Source: Actinomycetota bacterium (GTDB lineage: Bacteria > Actinomycetota > Actinomycetes > Jiangellales > Jiangellaceae). Taken from it: a stretch of 64,000 nucleotides of DNA. The translations under genes and the position numbers were made by a program. The notes beneath the pieces were generated by a model. It ran no database searches, was not told the DNA's origin, and was given only the letters and a program-made list of their open reading frames with translations. The DNA is taken from assembly GCA_046726315.1 (NCBI GenBank), contig JBKPAG010000017.1, positions 30,890 through 94,889 of the forward strand, written 5' to 3'. Below are positions 25,996 through 36,195 of this stretch, piece after piece (the stretch's first letter is position 1; each line of letters begins with the position of its first letter).

Positions 25996-26904
25996 CTAGA
26001 AGTACCAGGGGAACCGGGACCAATCAGGGGACCGCTTCTCCAGGAAGGCGTCGCGGCCCTCGACGGCCTCGTCGGTCATGTAGGCGAGCCGGGTCGCCTC
26101 ACCGGCGAAGAGTTGCTGCCCGACCAGCCCGTCGTCGATGGCGTTGAAGGCGTATTTCAGCATCCGCTGGGCCGTGGGGCTCTTGCCGTTGACTTTGGCC
26201 GCCCATTCGAGTGCGACGGTCTCGATCGCGTCGTGGGGGACGACGGCGTTGACCATGCCCATTCGGTAGGCGTCGGCGGCCGAGTGCTCCTCCCCGAGAA
26301 AGAAGACCTGGCGGGCGAACTTCTGGCCCACTTGGCGGGCAAGGTACGCAGACCCGTATCCGCCGTCGAACGATCCGACGTCGGCGTCGGTCTGCTTGAA
26401 GCGGGCATGCTCCGCGCTGGCGATGGTGAGGTCGCACACGACGTGGAGGCTGTGTCCGCCGCCTGCCGCCCAGCCGGGTACCACGCAGATGACGATCTTG
26501 GGCATGAAGCGGATCAGCCGCTGGACTTCGAGAATGTGCAGCCGTCCAGGGCGGGTTGGGTCAACCGCCTGGTCTGCGCCGGTGCCGTAGCCGTAGCCGT
26601 CACGGCCGCGAATTCGCTGGTCGCCGCCCGCGCAGAAGGCCCAACCCCCGTCGCGAGGCGACGGCCCGTTCCCGGTGAGTAGTACGCAGCCCACGTCGGG
26701 GCTCATCCGCGCGTGGTCGAGCGCGCGGTAGAGCTCGTCCACCGTGTGTGGCCGGAACGCGTTACGGACCTCCGGCCGGTCGAAGGCAATCCGCACCGTG
26801 GGCTGGTCCCGATCGTCTCGAACGTGCCGGTGGTAGGTGATGTCGGTGCACTCGAAGCCGTCGACGGCGCGCCATAGCGAGGGTTCGAACGGCATCGCTG
26901 TCAT
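25996..26904 (-). CDS. menB: 1,4-dihydroxy-2-naphthoyl-CoA synthase
   Basis: Crotonase fold: FCAGGDQR, VPGWAAGGGHSLHVVCDLTIAS, DADVGSFDGGYGS. ATG 26904 has an AAGGAG Shine-Dalgarno. Confidence 0.9.
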   Translation of the reverse strand: MTAMPFEPSLWRAVDGFECTDITYHRHVRDDRDQPTVRIAFDRPEVRNAFRPHTVDELYRALDHARMSPDVGCVLLTGNGPSPRDGGWAFCAGGDQRIRGRDGYGYGTGADQAVDPTRPGRLHILEVQRLIRFMPKIVICVVPGWAAGGGHSLHVVCDLTIASAEHARFKQTDADVGSFDGGYGSAYLARQVGQKFARQVFFLGEEHSAADAYRMGMVNAVVPHDAIETVALEWAAKVNGKSPTAQRMLKYAFNAIDDGLVGQQLFAGEATRLAYMTDEAVEGRDAFLEKRSPDWSRFPWYF

Positions 26905-27033
26905 CGTGGTACTCCTTCGCCTAATCCCAGAATTTCGGGTCCATTGTCGAGCCGAAATGGCCCACAAGATGACCTTGCCAACCAAGCTTGATCGTGACGT
27001 CGACGGCCGACATGCGCTCGGGGGAGCTACGCC

Positions 27034-27576
27034 ATGACCCGTCGTCACCTGTCGAAGGTTGCCCTATGCGCGATCCTGCTCTCCATGTCCTCTGGGTGCA
27101 GTCATGATGACCCGGTGGCTAAGCCTGCGCGCGGCTGGGTGACGGTCACTGACGGGCCGAGCGGCGCTCGCATTGCCCTTCCTGCGGTGTCGGAACCGGC
27201 TTCCGACACCGCGGCCGACGCCAACGGCTCGCAGGTGACGTTCCGTCAGTATGCGGCGACCGCAGCCGGGGGTGCGGTCGAGGTCGGCTTCAACGTCCTG
27301 GACACCCGCGGAGGCATTTACGACCTCGACACCGGCGTCCGCGAGGTGGCCACCAGTCTGCACGGTCACGTCGTGTCGGCCCGGCCCACCGACATTGATG
27401 GACACGACGCCGTCAATGTCGAGGTCTCTTATGGCGAGGACAACGTCGTGCTCTTCCAGCTGGTCAGCGCGGACGAACACGTGCTGCAACCGCTGGTGGC
27501 CGGGCCCGCGTCTCGCCGTTCGGTCGTGGACGAGACCTTCGAGCAGCTCACCGATTCTCTCGACGTCGGCCCATGA
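27034..27576 (+). CDS. Hypothetical lipoprotein
   Basis: Signal peptide with lipobox LLSMSSGC. GGGGAG Shine-Dalgarno upstream. Its stop overlaps the menC start (ATGA). No family recognised. Confidence 0.6.
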   Translation: MTRRHLSKVALCAILLSMSSGCSHDDPVAKPARGWVTVTDGPSGARIALPAVSEPASDTAADANGSQVTFRQYAATAAGGAVEVGFNVLDTRGGIYDLDTGVREVATSLHGHVVSARPTDIDGHDAVNVEVSYGEDNVVLFQLVSADEHVLQPLVAGPASRRSVVDETFEQLTDSLDVGP

Positions 27577-28520
27577 CCGACGTGTACGTCTTCTCGATCC
27601 CGCTGCGCACCCGGTTTCGTGGTGTCGACGTCCGGCAAGGGGTGTTGGTTCGAGGGACCGCAGGCTGGGGCGAGTTCTCGCCATTTCCCGAGTATGAGGA
27701 TGACGAGGCCGCCAGCTGGTGGGCGGCAGCGACAGAGGCTGCCGAGTCGGAATGGCCGCCGTTCGTGCGGCACCGGGTTCCTGTCAACGCGACCGTTCCC
27801 GCGGTCCCACCGCATGATGTCGCGAATGTCCTGGCCGCCTTTCCCGGCTGCCAAACGGTCAAGGTCAAGGTGGCGCAGACGGGGCAGTCGCCCTCCGATG
27901 ACCAAGCCCGGTTGGGCGCTGTCCGCGACATCGTCGGTCCGACCGGCCGCATCCGCATCGACGTCAACGGCGCGTGGGACCTGGAGACCGCCCGGCGGCT
28001 ATTGCCGCTTTACGACCGTGCGGCTGGCGGCCTCGAGTACGCCGAACAGCCCTGCGCATCGATCCAGGATCTGGCGGCCCTACGAAGACGGGCCGATGTG
28101 CCGATTGCCGCCGACGAGTCGATCCGGCGCAGCGACGATCCGCTGCGCGTGGCCAAGCTCGGCGCTGCGGATGTCGCGGTGTTGAAGGTACAGCCGCTGG
28201 GCGGGGTGCGGGCGTGTCTTCGCATTGCCGAGGACATCGGCCTACCGATCGTGGTCTCCAGCGCGCTCGAGACGTCGGTTGGCATCGCCGCAGGCGTGGC
28301 ACTGGCGGCCGCGCTGCCCGAGTTGCCCTACGCCTGCGGACTGGCGACGGCGGCTCTGCTCGGGTGTGACGTCGTCGACCGGCCGTTGGTCCCTGTCGAC
28401 GGAACCGTCGGGGTGTCGAGGCCGGAGCCGGATCCAGGGGCGATGGCTGCTGCACGTGCCGACGACGTCACAGCGGGATGGTGGCGCGAACGGGTGGCCC
28501 GGGTAGCGCGGCTAGCCTGA
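27573..28520 (+). CDS. menC: o-Succinylbenzoate synthase (enolase superfamily)
   Basis: VYVFSIPLRTRFRGVDVRQGVLVRGTAGWGEFSPFPEY, KVKV, IRIDVNGAW, ADES. Confidence 0.85.
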   Translation: MTDVYVFSIPLRTRFRGVDVRQGVLVRGTAGWGEFSPFPEYEDDEAASWWAAATEAAESEWPPFVRHRVPVNATVPAVPPHDVANVLAAFPGCQTVKVKVAQTGQSPSDDQARLGAVRDIVGPTGRIRIDVNGAWDLETARRLLPLYDRAAGGLEYAEQPCASIQDLAALRRRADVPIAADESIRRSDDPLRVAKLGAADVAVLKVQPLGGVRACLRIAEDIGLPIVVSSALETSVGIAAGVALAAALPELPYACGLATAALLGCDVVDRPLVPVDGTVGVSRPEPDPGAMAAARADDVTAGWWRERVARVARLA

Positions 28521-28525
28521 CCAGA

Positions 28526-30295
28526 GTGAACCCGTCGACGGCGCTGGCACGGGTCGTCGTCGACGAACTCGTACGCAACGGCCTGACCCACGTCGTGGTG
28601 GCCCCCGGTTCGCGCTCCGCGCCGCTGGCGATGGCTCTGGCCGATGCCGATGCCGGCGGCCGGCTCAGGCTGCATGTTCGCGTCGACGAACGGTCGGCGG
28701 CGTTTACTGCGCTGGGCCTGGCCAAGTCCGGCGGGGTACCGGCAGCGGTCGTGACAACGTCCGGGACCGCAGTAGCCAACCTGCATCCCGCGGTCTTGGA
28801 GGCGCATCACGGAAACGTTCCGCTGCTGCTGCTCACCGCTGACCGGCCGGAGGAGCTGCGCGGGGTGGGCGCCAATCAGACGACCGAGCAGGTGGGCATC
28901 TTTGGCGGGTCGGTCCGGTTGTTCCGTGAGCTCAGTGCGCCAGACGTCCGTACCGGCCAGGTGCCGTACTGGCGCTCGACCATCTCCCGGGCCTGGCTGG
29001 CCACCGCGGGTGCGCTCTCCGGCGATCCCGGTCCGGTCCACGTCGATGTCGCATTCCGTGACCCGCTGGTCCCGACGGACGACGACGTCTGGGTCGAGTC
29101 GCTCGACGGACGCCCGGATGGGCGTCCGTGGACGGCAGCCGGAGCCCAGGCTGCCGCTTCGCTCGACTGGTCTGATTTCGGTGATGAGGCGGAGACCCTT
29201 CTTGTACTCGGTGACACCACCCGGCGACTGGCCGCTGCAGCGTCGCGGCTTGCCGACCGGCTGAGCTGGCCGGTGATCGCCGAACCGCAGTGCCGCGGCG
29301 GCGGTGCGGCGATCGCCTGTTCCCCTCTGGTGGCAGGAAGCGAGGGGTGGGTCCGCCGGAACGCTCCGCGCCGCATCCTCGTCGTCGGTCGGCCCACTCT
29401 GTCCAGGCAGATTGCCCGACTGATCGGGGGCGGCATTGCGCCGGTCGACATCGTTACATCGGGGCCACGGTGGCCCGACGCCGCCCATGCGGCCCGGCGG
29501 GTCTACACCGCCCCCGCTCTACATCCATCCTCGCTGAACAAATCCGCGTCAAGCGACCCGATAACGCCGCTAAACGCGGAGATATTCAGCGAGGACGGCG
29601 GTCTGGCTGCTGGTAAGCGGCTGCGGTCGGCCTGGACCGCGGCTGGTGAACAAGCGCGCATCGTCGTCGATCGGATCCTCGACGAGAATCTGACCGGCAC
29701 ACCTCCGCCGAGCGGCATCGCGGCGACCCGCGAGGTGCTTCGGTGCCTGCCGCAGGATGCCGTGCTCTTCCTTGGATCGTCCTCCGTGATCCGTGATGTC
29801 GACCTGCTGGGAGAACAGCTTCCAGGTCTCGTGTTGACCAACCGGGGGGTCGGAGGTATCGACGGCACCGTCTCGTCGGCTGTCGGCGTCGCGCTGGCGG
29901 ATGCCGCGACGGTGCGGCCGGCCTACGCGATGATGGGGGATCTGGCCTTGCTGCACGATGCGAACGGGCTGGTGATCGGTCCACGGGAGCCGCGTCCGGA
30001 CCTGTGCATTGTGGTGCTGAACGACGACGGTGGCGGCATCTTCGCCCTGCTGGAGCAGGGCGCACCGGAGTATTCAGGTGTTTTCGAACGTGTCTTCGGC
30101 ACATCGCATGCCGTGGACATCGAGGCTCTGTGCGCCGCCACCCGGACGCCCTTCCAGCGTGTGGAGGTCGAGAAGCTGGAGGCTGCGCTGGCGCCCCAGC
30201 CCGGCCTGCGCGTGGTCGAGGTTCGTGTCGATCGACACCGCCACCGCGAGCTACACGCCCGGCTTCGATCGGAGGTCGCGGCCGCGCTGACGTAA
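28526..30295 (+). CDS. menD: 2-succinyl-5-enolpyruvyl-6-hydroxy-3-cyclohexene-1-carboxylate (SEPHCHC) synthase
   Basis: ThDP enzyme: VVAPGSRSAPLA, TSGTAVANLHPAVLEAHHGNVPLLLLTADRPEELRGVGANQT, GIDG, NDDGGGIF. GTG 28526 lies 5 nt after the menC stop. Confidence 0.9.
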   Translation: MNPSTALARVVVDELVRNGLTHVVVAPGSRSAPLAMALADADAGGRLRLHVRVDERSAAFTALGLAKSGGVPAAVVTTSGTAVANLHPAVLEAHHGNVPLLLLTADRPEELRGVGANQTTEQVGIFGGSVRLFRELSAPDVRTGQVPYWRSTISRAWLATAGALSGDPGPVHVDVAFRDPLVPTDDDVWVESLDGRPDGRPWTAAGAQAAASLDWSDFGDEAETLLVLGDTTRRLAAAASRLADRLSWPVIAEPQCRGGGAAIACSPLVAGSEGWVRRNAPRRILVVGRPTLSRQIARLIGGGIAPVDIVTSGPRWPDAAHAARRVYTAPALHPSSLNKSASSDPITPLNAEIFSEDGGLAAGKRLRSAWTAAGEQARIVVDRILDENLTGTPPPSGIAATREVLRCLPQDAVLFLGSSSVIRDVDLLGEQLPGLVLTNRGVGGIDGTVSSAVGVALADAATVRPAYAMMGDLALLHDANGLVIGPREPRPDLCIVVLNDDGGGIFALLEQGAPEYSGVFERVFGTSHAVDIEALCAATRTPFQRVEVEKLEAALAPQPGLRVVEVRVDRHRHRELHARLRSEVAAALT

Positions 30296-30368
30296 CTCAG
30301 CCGCGCCAACCTTCCGCGGGGCTTGCTTCCCTGTGGGGGAGAGGGATTGGTGGCTAGCGGCGGGAATG

Positions 30369-31688
30369 TCAGCCGGACAGGGCGTCTCGCATCGGGAGCA
30401 ACTTGGCAGCGCTCTCGGCTAGTTCGGCCTCGGGATCCGAGCCGGCGACAATGCCACAGCCGGCGAACAACCGGAGCCGGGCCGGGTTTCCGGGGTCGAT
30501 CTGGGCGCAGCGCAACGCGATGCCCCACTCGCCGTCGCCCGATCCGTCGATCCAGCCGACCGGGCCGGCGTAGCGGCCGCGATCCATGCCCTCTATCTCG
30601 TCGATCAATTCGGCAGCGGCCGCGGTGGGAGTGCCGCAAACGGCAGCGGTGGGATGCAAGGCAGCGGCGAGCGCCAGAGAACTCGACGTGCCGGCAGCGA
30701 CGCCGGTGACGTCGGTGGCAAGGTGCATCACGTTCGGCAAGTGCAGGACGAACGGTGTCTCCGGGACGTTCATGCTCGAGCAGAACGCACGCAGGCCACC
30801 GGCCACGGACCGGACCGCATATTCGTGCTCCTCCAGGTCCTTGCTGGATCGGGCCAGCGATGCGGCGAGCGCAAGGTCGTGCCCGTCGTCGCCGGTCCGC
30901 CTGATCGTCCCTGCCAGCACCCGAGAGGTCACCAACCCGCGTTCGAGCCGGACCAGCAACTCGGGAGTGGCGCCCATCAGCCCGTCGACGCAGAAGGTCC
31001 AGCACCGCGGGTAGTTATCGGCCAGCCGCGAGAGCGGCCAACGCGCATCGACCGGAACGGGCGCTTCAGCGACCAGGTCGCGAGCCAGCACCACCTTTTC
31101 GAGCTGGCCCGAACCGATTCGGCGGACGGCTTCGGCGACGACGAGCTCCCATTCGGCGCCACTGCGGGCACCGTCGGCAAACGCCACTGGCGCGGGCCGG
31201 CGAATCGTCACGTTGCCGTTCAGCGCGACGGCTGGGGGGAGCGTTCCCTGCAAACCGACGGTCGTGACCCACCACCGGCCAGAGCGGTGTCCCACGACCA
31301 CGTCTGGCAGCACCATGACCGATGACCCACGGCCGGCAGTGAAAGTGAACGACCCGAAAGCCACCGGACCGCACCCGGGCAGCCCCACCTCGTCGCGGAC
31401 GACAGCAGTTCTCAGCAGGTTGCGCCACCAGCGGTCGGCGTCGGCGAACCGGTCCGGACCATGTATCTCGACGGATGTGGCGCAGCCCCAGCCGACCAGG
31501 CCTTCGCCGCGGCGAACCCAGACAAGCGGTGCCTTTTCCGGCAGTAACGCCAGCAACGATCCGGGGTCCGGGATTGCGGTTGTTCGCACGACCAGGGAGA
31601 TCGGATCGCGCGTCGGGGCCGCTGTGGTCACGGCAGGTGAGCGTATGTCGACGGTTCGAGGGCTCGGTGGCCCGGGTTGCCCCGGCAT
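30369..31688 (-). CDS. menF: Isochorismate synthase
   Basis: Chorismate-binding domain: GATPELLVR, LHPTAAVCGTP, RGRYAGPVGWIDGSGDGEWGIALRCA. The men-cluster context supports the call. The start is not verified. Confidence 0.75.
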   Translation of the reverse strand: MPGQPGPPSPRTVDIRSPAVTTAAPTRDPISLVVRTTAIPDPGSLLALLPEKAPLVWVRRGEGLVGWGCATSVEIHGPDRFADADRWWRNLLRTAVVRDEVGLPGCGPVAFGSFTFTAGRGSSVMVLPDVVVGHRSGRWWVTTVGLQGTLPPAVALNGNVTIRRPAPVAFADGARSGAEWELVVAEAVRRIGSGQLEKVVLARDLVAEAPVPVDARWPLSRLADNYPRCWTFCVDGLMGATPELLVRLERGLVTSRVLAGTIRRTGDDGHDLALAASLARSSKDLEEHEYAVRSVAGGLRAFCSSMNVPETPFVLHLPNVMHLATDVTGVAAGTSSSLALAAALHPTAAVCGTPTAAAAELIDEIEGMDRGRYAGPVGWIDGSGDGEWGIALRCAQIDPGNPARLRLFAGCGIVAGSDPEAELAESAAKLLPMRDALSG

Positions 31689-31750
31689 CTTGACAGGTGA
31701 GACGCGTCACAGCAGGCTCCCATGGATACCGCCCAAGCCGGGAGGACTCG

Positions 31751-34700
31751 ATGAAGCGTCCGTTCAAGACCATCGCGGTTCTTAGCACCTTCGTCGTCTT
31801 GGTGGCCACGGCCGGGTTGGCCGTGGGCGCTCCGGGAGACGGAGGCGCCAAGCTGCAGATGTATGAGGCCACCGTCGATCAGACCATGGCCAGGCAGCTG
31901 AGGCAGGCTGGGTTCGACTTCGTCTCCGCCGAGCCGGTCGAGGGCGGCCTCCGCGTCGGTTTGGTGCTCTCGCCCTCGCAGCGGAATGCCCTCGAGGGAC
32001 GGGGAGTGAAGATCGGCCTGTGGCGTAACGCCGACGGCAAGACGGCCACCGAGCTGGCTGCGGAACAGGCCGCCGCGGGCTACACCGTCTGGAAGGACTT
32101 CGACGGGCCCGACGGGATCCACGACCTCCTCTACGACATCGCCCAGCGGAACCAGCACCTGGTCAAGCTCGAGGTCATCGGGACAACCCTGGGAACCGAT
32201 CCCGAGGGCGACGGGCCCGACCAGCCTCGGGAGATCGTGGCTCTCAAGGTGACCAGGGACGCCAACAGGGTCGCCGACGGCACGCGTCCGGCCGTGCTCT
32301 ACAGCTCGCTGCAGCACGCCCGGGAGTGGATCAGCGGCGAGGTCACGCTCCGGCTGCTGGACTACTTCCTCGACAACTACAACAAGGACCCGGAGATCAC
32401 CAATCTGGTCAACACTCGGGAACTCTGGTTCGTCCCGGTGGCCAACCCGGACGGCTACCAGTACACGTTCGACTACGAGCGGCTGTGGCGAAAGAACCTC
32501 CGGGACAACAACGACGACGACCAGATTTCGCTCGGCGACGGCGTCGACCCCAACCGAAACTGGCCGGAGCACTTCAACTACGACAACGAGGGGTCCTCGT
32601 CGAGCACTGCCAGCGACACCTACCGGGGCACGGGCCCGAACTCGGAGCCGGAGACGCAAGCCCTCAAGGGATTGATCGACCGGGTCGGGTTCGAGTTCCA
32701 TATCAACTACCACTCGTTCGCCTACGAGATCCTGGCCCCTGAGGGCTGGCAGGAGGGCACGCCGGACCTGGACTTGCCGATCTACGCCGCGTGGATGGGC
32801 ACCGACGCCAACCCGGCCGTGGGCGGGTTCGACCCCGGGTCAGGCGCGGACGAGCTGTACATCACCAACGGTGAGACGACCGACTACGCGTCCACGGCCA
32901 AGGGGACGCTGTCGGTGACCCCCGAGTTGGGCGAGGGGACCCCGGGCAGCGGGTTCGTGTATCCCGATGACGAGAGCCTGATCCAGGCCGAGTTCGAGAA
33001 CGGCCTACAGTTCGCCCTCGACGCGGCCCGGTCCGCCCCCGACCCCGACGACCCCGTCTCCCACCTGGGCTTCACCACGCAGCCCTTCTACCTGGAGATG
33101 GACCAGGCCGACCCGCAGTTCTCCAACGTCCCCCTGGTCGACTTCAAGTTCGACGTCTCCTACGGCGACCCGCAGACGGTCCGGGTCCTGGCGAAGAAGG
33201 CCCTCGGCGCGGTCACGCTCCAGTACCGCATCAACGGAGGACCGGTGCAGAGCGCGCCAACCAGCGAATGGCAGGGCGGCGACGTGTTCGGCGATCCGAG
33301 CAGGTACTACCACGCCATGCAGGGCGAGGTGACCGGTACCAGCCCCGGTAACTCGGTGGAGGTGTGGTTCACCGGCGGCGGCGAGGACAGCGACCACTTC
33401 ACGTACAGCATCCGATCCGACACCAACCGGGACGTGCTCGTGGTGGCCGCAGAGGACTACTCCGGCATCTCGCCGGTATACAAGAAGGCCAGCGCGCCGA
33501 ACTACCTGTCGTACTACCTCGATGCGCTGGCGGCCAACGGCATCCAGGCCGATGTCTACGACATCGACGCGAACAGCCGTCAGGCCCCGGATGATCTCGG
33601 CGTGCTGAGCCACTACGACGCGGTGATCTGGTACACGGGCGACGACGTCATCACCAGGGACCAAGGCATGGTCCCGGGCACCACTACCCGCCTGGCCTAC
33701 GAGACCATGCTGAACGTCCGGTCGTTCCTGAACGAAGGCGGCGGGCTGATGCTCACCGGCAAGAACGCCGGCCTGCCGTTCACCGGCTACGAGTTCGACC
33801 CGTCGTTCAACCGGGCATGCAACCCCGACGGGGCCGAGAACTTCCCCGACGGGACCGACGACTGCCGGCCGCTGTACGACGACTTCCTCCAGTACTACCT
33901 CGGCGCCTACGTCTACGTGGATGGCGGCGGACTCGACAGCCACGGCCACCCGTTCGACATCGTCGGCGTCGACGATCCGTTCGACGGACTGAGCTGGTCG
34001 CTGAACGGCGGAGGCTCGGCCAACAACCAGGACAACGCCAACACGTTCGTGGCCACCAGCGGCATCCTGCCGGAGAGCGATTACCCGCAGTTCACCAGCT
34101 GGGACGCGGCCAAGTACGTGCGAGCGGGTGGCCCGTTCGACCCGCACACCGGGACGAACTACGTCTACTCGCAGATCGCGGACGTGTCCTACAAGCGACT
34201 GGGCAAGACCTTCACGGTGCCGGCGAGCGGCAGCCTGGACTTCTGGGTGTCACACGACACCGAGCCGGAGTGGGACTTCTTCTTCGTGGAGGCCCACACT
34301 GTGGGGCAGGAAAATTGGACCACACTGCCGGATCAGAACGGGCACACCAGTCAGGACACCGGTGAGAGCTGCCCGGAGGGGTGGCACTCGTCGCCCGACG
34401 AGATCCACCCGTTCCTCGCGCACTACCAGACGCTGAACGCGGATGGAACGTGCTCCCCGACCGGGACCACCGGCTCGTGGAACGCCTCGACCGGGAACTC
34501 GGCGGGCTGGCAGCAATGGCACGTCGACCTGTCCGCCTACGCCGGCCAGACCGTCGAGGTGTTCCTGACCTACGTGAGCGACTGGGCGGTCCAGGGCCTC
34601 GGGGTCTTCCTCGACGACGTCACGGACCCGACCGGGACCACGTCGTTCGAGTCGGATCTCGGCGGATGGACCGTGGCCGGCCCGCCGCCGGGTAGCGCCC

Positions 34701-34882
34701 CGAACTTCAACGACTACATCGTGACCACAGCCGCCGGGTTCCCGGAGGGACCGGTCATGGCGGAGAAGCCGCCGTCCGTCGATTTCCAGACCCTTTACCT
34801 CGGGTTCGGGTTCGAGGGCATCGCGGGTGCGGACACCAGGGCAGCGATCATGGATCGGGCCGTGGACTACCTGCTCCAGTAG
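31751..34882 (+). CDS. Secreted M14-family zinc carboxypeptidase with a large C-terminal extension
   Basis: ATG 31751 after GGAGGA. Signal peptide MKRPFKTIAVLSTFVVLVATAGLAVGAP. M14 motifs LQHAREWISGE (HxxE) and VANPDGYQYTF. About 700 further residues are rich in D/G/T and resemble peptidase accessory domains. Confidence 0.85.
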   Translation: MKRPFKTIAVLSTFVVLVATAGLAVGAPGDGGAKLQMYEATVDQTMARQLRQAGFDFVSAEPVEGGLRVGLVLSPSQRNALEGRGVKIGLWRNADGKTATELAAEQAAAGYTVWKDFDGPDGIHDLLYDIAQRNQHLVKLEVIGTTLGTDPEGDGPDQPREIVALKVTRDANRVADGTRPAVLYSSLQHAREWISGEVTLRLLDYFLDNYNKDPEITNLVNTRELWFVPVANPDGYQYTFDYERLWRKNLRDNNDDDQISLGDGVDPNRNWPEHFNYDNEGSSSSTASDTYRGTGPNSEPETQALKGLIDRVGFEFHINYHSFAYEILAPEGWQEGTPDLDLPIYAAWMGTDANPAVGGFDPGSGADELYITNGETTDYASTAKGTLSVTPELGEGTPGSGFVYPDDESLIQAEFENGLQFALDAARSAPDPDDPVSHLGFTTQPFYLEMDQADPQFSNVPLVDFKFDVSYGDPQTVRVLAKKALGAVTLQYRINGGPVQSAPTSEWQGGDVFGDPSRYYHAMQGEVTGTSPGNSVEVWFTGGGEDSDHFTYSIRSDTNRDVLVVAAEDYSGISPVYKKASAPNYLSYYLDALAANGIQADVYDIDANSRQAPDDLGVLSHYDAVIWYTGDDVITRDQGMVPGTTTRLAYETMLNVRSFLNEGGGLMLTGKNAGLPFTGYEFDPSFNRACNPDGAENFPDGTDDCRPLYDDFLQYYLGAYVYVDGGGLDSHGHPFDIVGVDDPFDGLSWSLNGGGSANNQDNANTFVATSGILPESDYPQFTSWDAAKYVRAGGPFDPHTGTNYVYSQIADVSYKRLGKTFTVPASGSLDFWVSHDTEPEWDFFFVEAHTVGQENWTTLPDQNGHTSQDTGESCPEGWHSSPDEIHPFLAHYQTLNADGTCSPTGTTGSWNASTGNSAGWQQWHVDLSAYAGQTVEVFLTYVSDWAVQGLGVFLDDVTDPTGTTSFESDLGGWTVAGPPPGSAPNFNDYIVTTAAGFPEGPVMAEKPPSVDFQTLYLGFGFEGIAGADTRAAIMDRAVDYLLQ

Positions 34883-34897
34883 CGGGGAGCGAGCCGA

Positions 34898-34921
34898 GGG
34901 GCCGGCCGGGAGGCCGGCCCC
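34898..34921 (+). terminator. Perfect 10-bp GC stem-loop downstream of the peptidase gene
   Basis: GGGGCCGGCC-ggga-GGCCGGCCCC, 16 nt after the stop. The U-tract is poor (TCACCCATTTCAC). Confidence 0.5.
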
Positions 34922-35009
34922 TCACCCATTTCACTCCTAGCGCTGCTAGAGGTTCGCCCACGATGCCGTGGGCCCTGGGCACCGCGGTGAACTCCCACCC
35001 GTCCTCCTC

Positions 35010-35260
35010 GCAGTTGTTGAAGATCTCCCGACGGGCACGGGCGAAAGTTGCGCGCGGGCGCTGGGACGAGCTGCAGCCGTTCATCGCTCACTACCAGCGG
35101 CCGGCCTGCGAGTCGACGGGCACGACAGGCAACTGGAATGCGGCCATCGGCTCGTCGCAGGGCTGGTCGGAGTGGTCGGTCGACTTGTCTGCCTATGCGG
35201 GCCAGCAGGTCGAGGTATCCATCGCCTACGTGAGCGACTGGGCCATCTTGCCTGGCTCGC
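35010..35260 (+). pseudogene. Truncated, frameshifted paralogous fragment of the C-terminal region of the upstream M14 peptidase
   Basis: The fragment reads DLPTGTGESC, then a frameshift, then DELQPFIAHYQRPACESTGTTGNWNAAIGSSQGWSEWSVDLSAYAGQQVEVSIAYVSDWAI. The parent (about 34350..34590) reads TLPDQNGHTSQDTGESCPEGWHSSPDEIHPFLAHYQTLNADGTCSPTGTTGSWNASTGNSAGWQQWHVDLSAYAGQTVEVFLTYVSDWAV. Confidence 0.6.
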
Positions 35261-35379
35261 CGAACCGTTGTGCGTGGCACGCCGAGCCGCCGCTGCGCCG
35301 CCCGTTATAGGCGGCTTTGTGGAGCGGTCCGGCGTGCCACGTTGGACGCGAACCGTGTGTCGGCTGCGAAGATGACGCC

Positions 35380-36078
35380 GTGCCGCGCGCCTCGTTGGAC
35401 AAGCAGCCGCACGAGATCGCCGCCATGTTCGACGGGGTCGCCGCGCGCTACGACATCACCAACGACGTGCTGTCGCTGGGGCAGGACCGGCGCTGGCGAC
35501 GCGCGGTAGAGCACGCTGTCGGGACGCGCGCGGGGGAGCGGGTCCTCGATCTGGCTGCTGGCACCGGAACGTCGAGTGAGCCATTCGACGGCGCGGGCGC
35601 CTTCGTCGTGCCTTGTGACTTCTCCCTTGGCATGCTGCGGGCGGGTAAGCGCCGCCGGCCGGCGCTCCCGTTCGTCGCCGGCGACGCGCTCCGGCTCCCG
35701 TTCGCCGACGCATCGTTCGACGCCGTGACGATCTCGTTCGGGCTCCGCAACCTCAACGACATCGAGGCGGGCCTGCGGGAGATGCTGAGGGTCACTCAGC
35801 CCGGCGGCCGGCTCGTCGTCTGCGAGTTCAGCCATCCGACGTGGGCGCCGTTCAGGACGGTGTACATCGAGTACCTCATGCGGGCTCTGCCGCCGTTGGC
35901 CCGACGCGTGTCGAGTAGCCCCGACGCCTACGTCTATCTGGCGGAGTCGATCCGGGCCTGGCCCGATCAGCGGGCCCTGGCTGGACGGATCGCCGACATC
36001 GGCTGGTCCGACGTCCGGTGGCGGGACCTGTCCGGGGGCATCGTCGCTCTGCACCATGCGACCCGTCCACGCGATTAG
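35380..36078 (+). CDS. menG: Demethylmenaquinone methyltransferase
   Basis: UbiE/MenG signature [41 protein letters not shown] 35380 is chosen as the start. Confidence 0.9.
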   Translation: MPRASLDKQPHEIAAMFDGVAARYDITNDVLSLGQDRRWRRAVEHAVGTRAGERVLDLAAGTGTSSEPFDGAGAFVVPCDFSLGMLRAGKRRRPALPFVAGDALRLPFADASFDAVTISFGLRNLNDIEAGLREMLRVTQPGGRLVVCEFSHPTWAPFRTVYIEYLMRALPPLARRVSSSPDAYVYLAESIRAWPDQRALAGRIADIGWSDVRWRDLSGGIVALHHATRPRD

Positions 36079-36110
36079 CCGCACGTCTCCGGCCATCACC
36101 AGTCGAACTC

Positions 36111-36144
36111 GTACATCACCAGGCGTGTACGCCTGGTGATGTAC
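36111..36144 (+). terminator. Perfect 15-bp inverted repeat with a 4-nt loop, 33 nt downstream of menG
   Basis: GTACATCACCAGGCG-tgta-CGCCTGGTGATGTAC. There is no U-tract, so it may be a terminator, an RNA stability element or a protein-binding site. Confidence 0.45.
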
Positions 36145-36195
36145 CAGTAGGGGTGGTGAACGTGGTCATTCCCGGCTCTAGACTTGCCCCGACGA

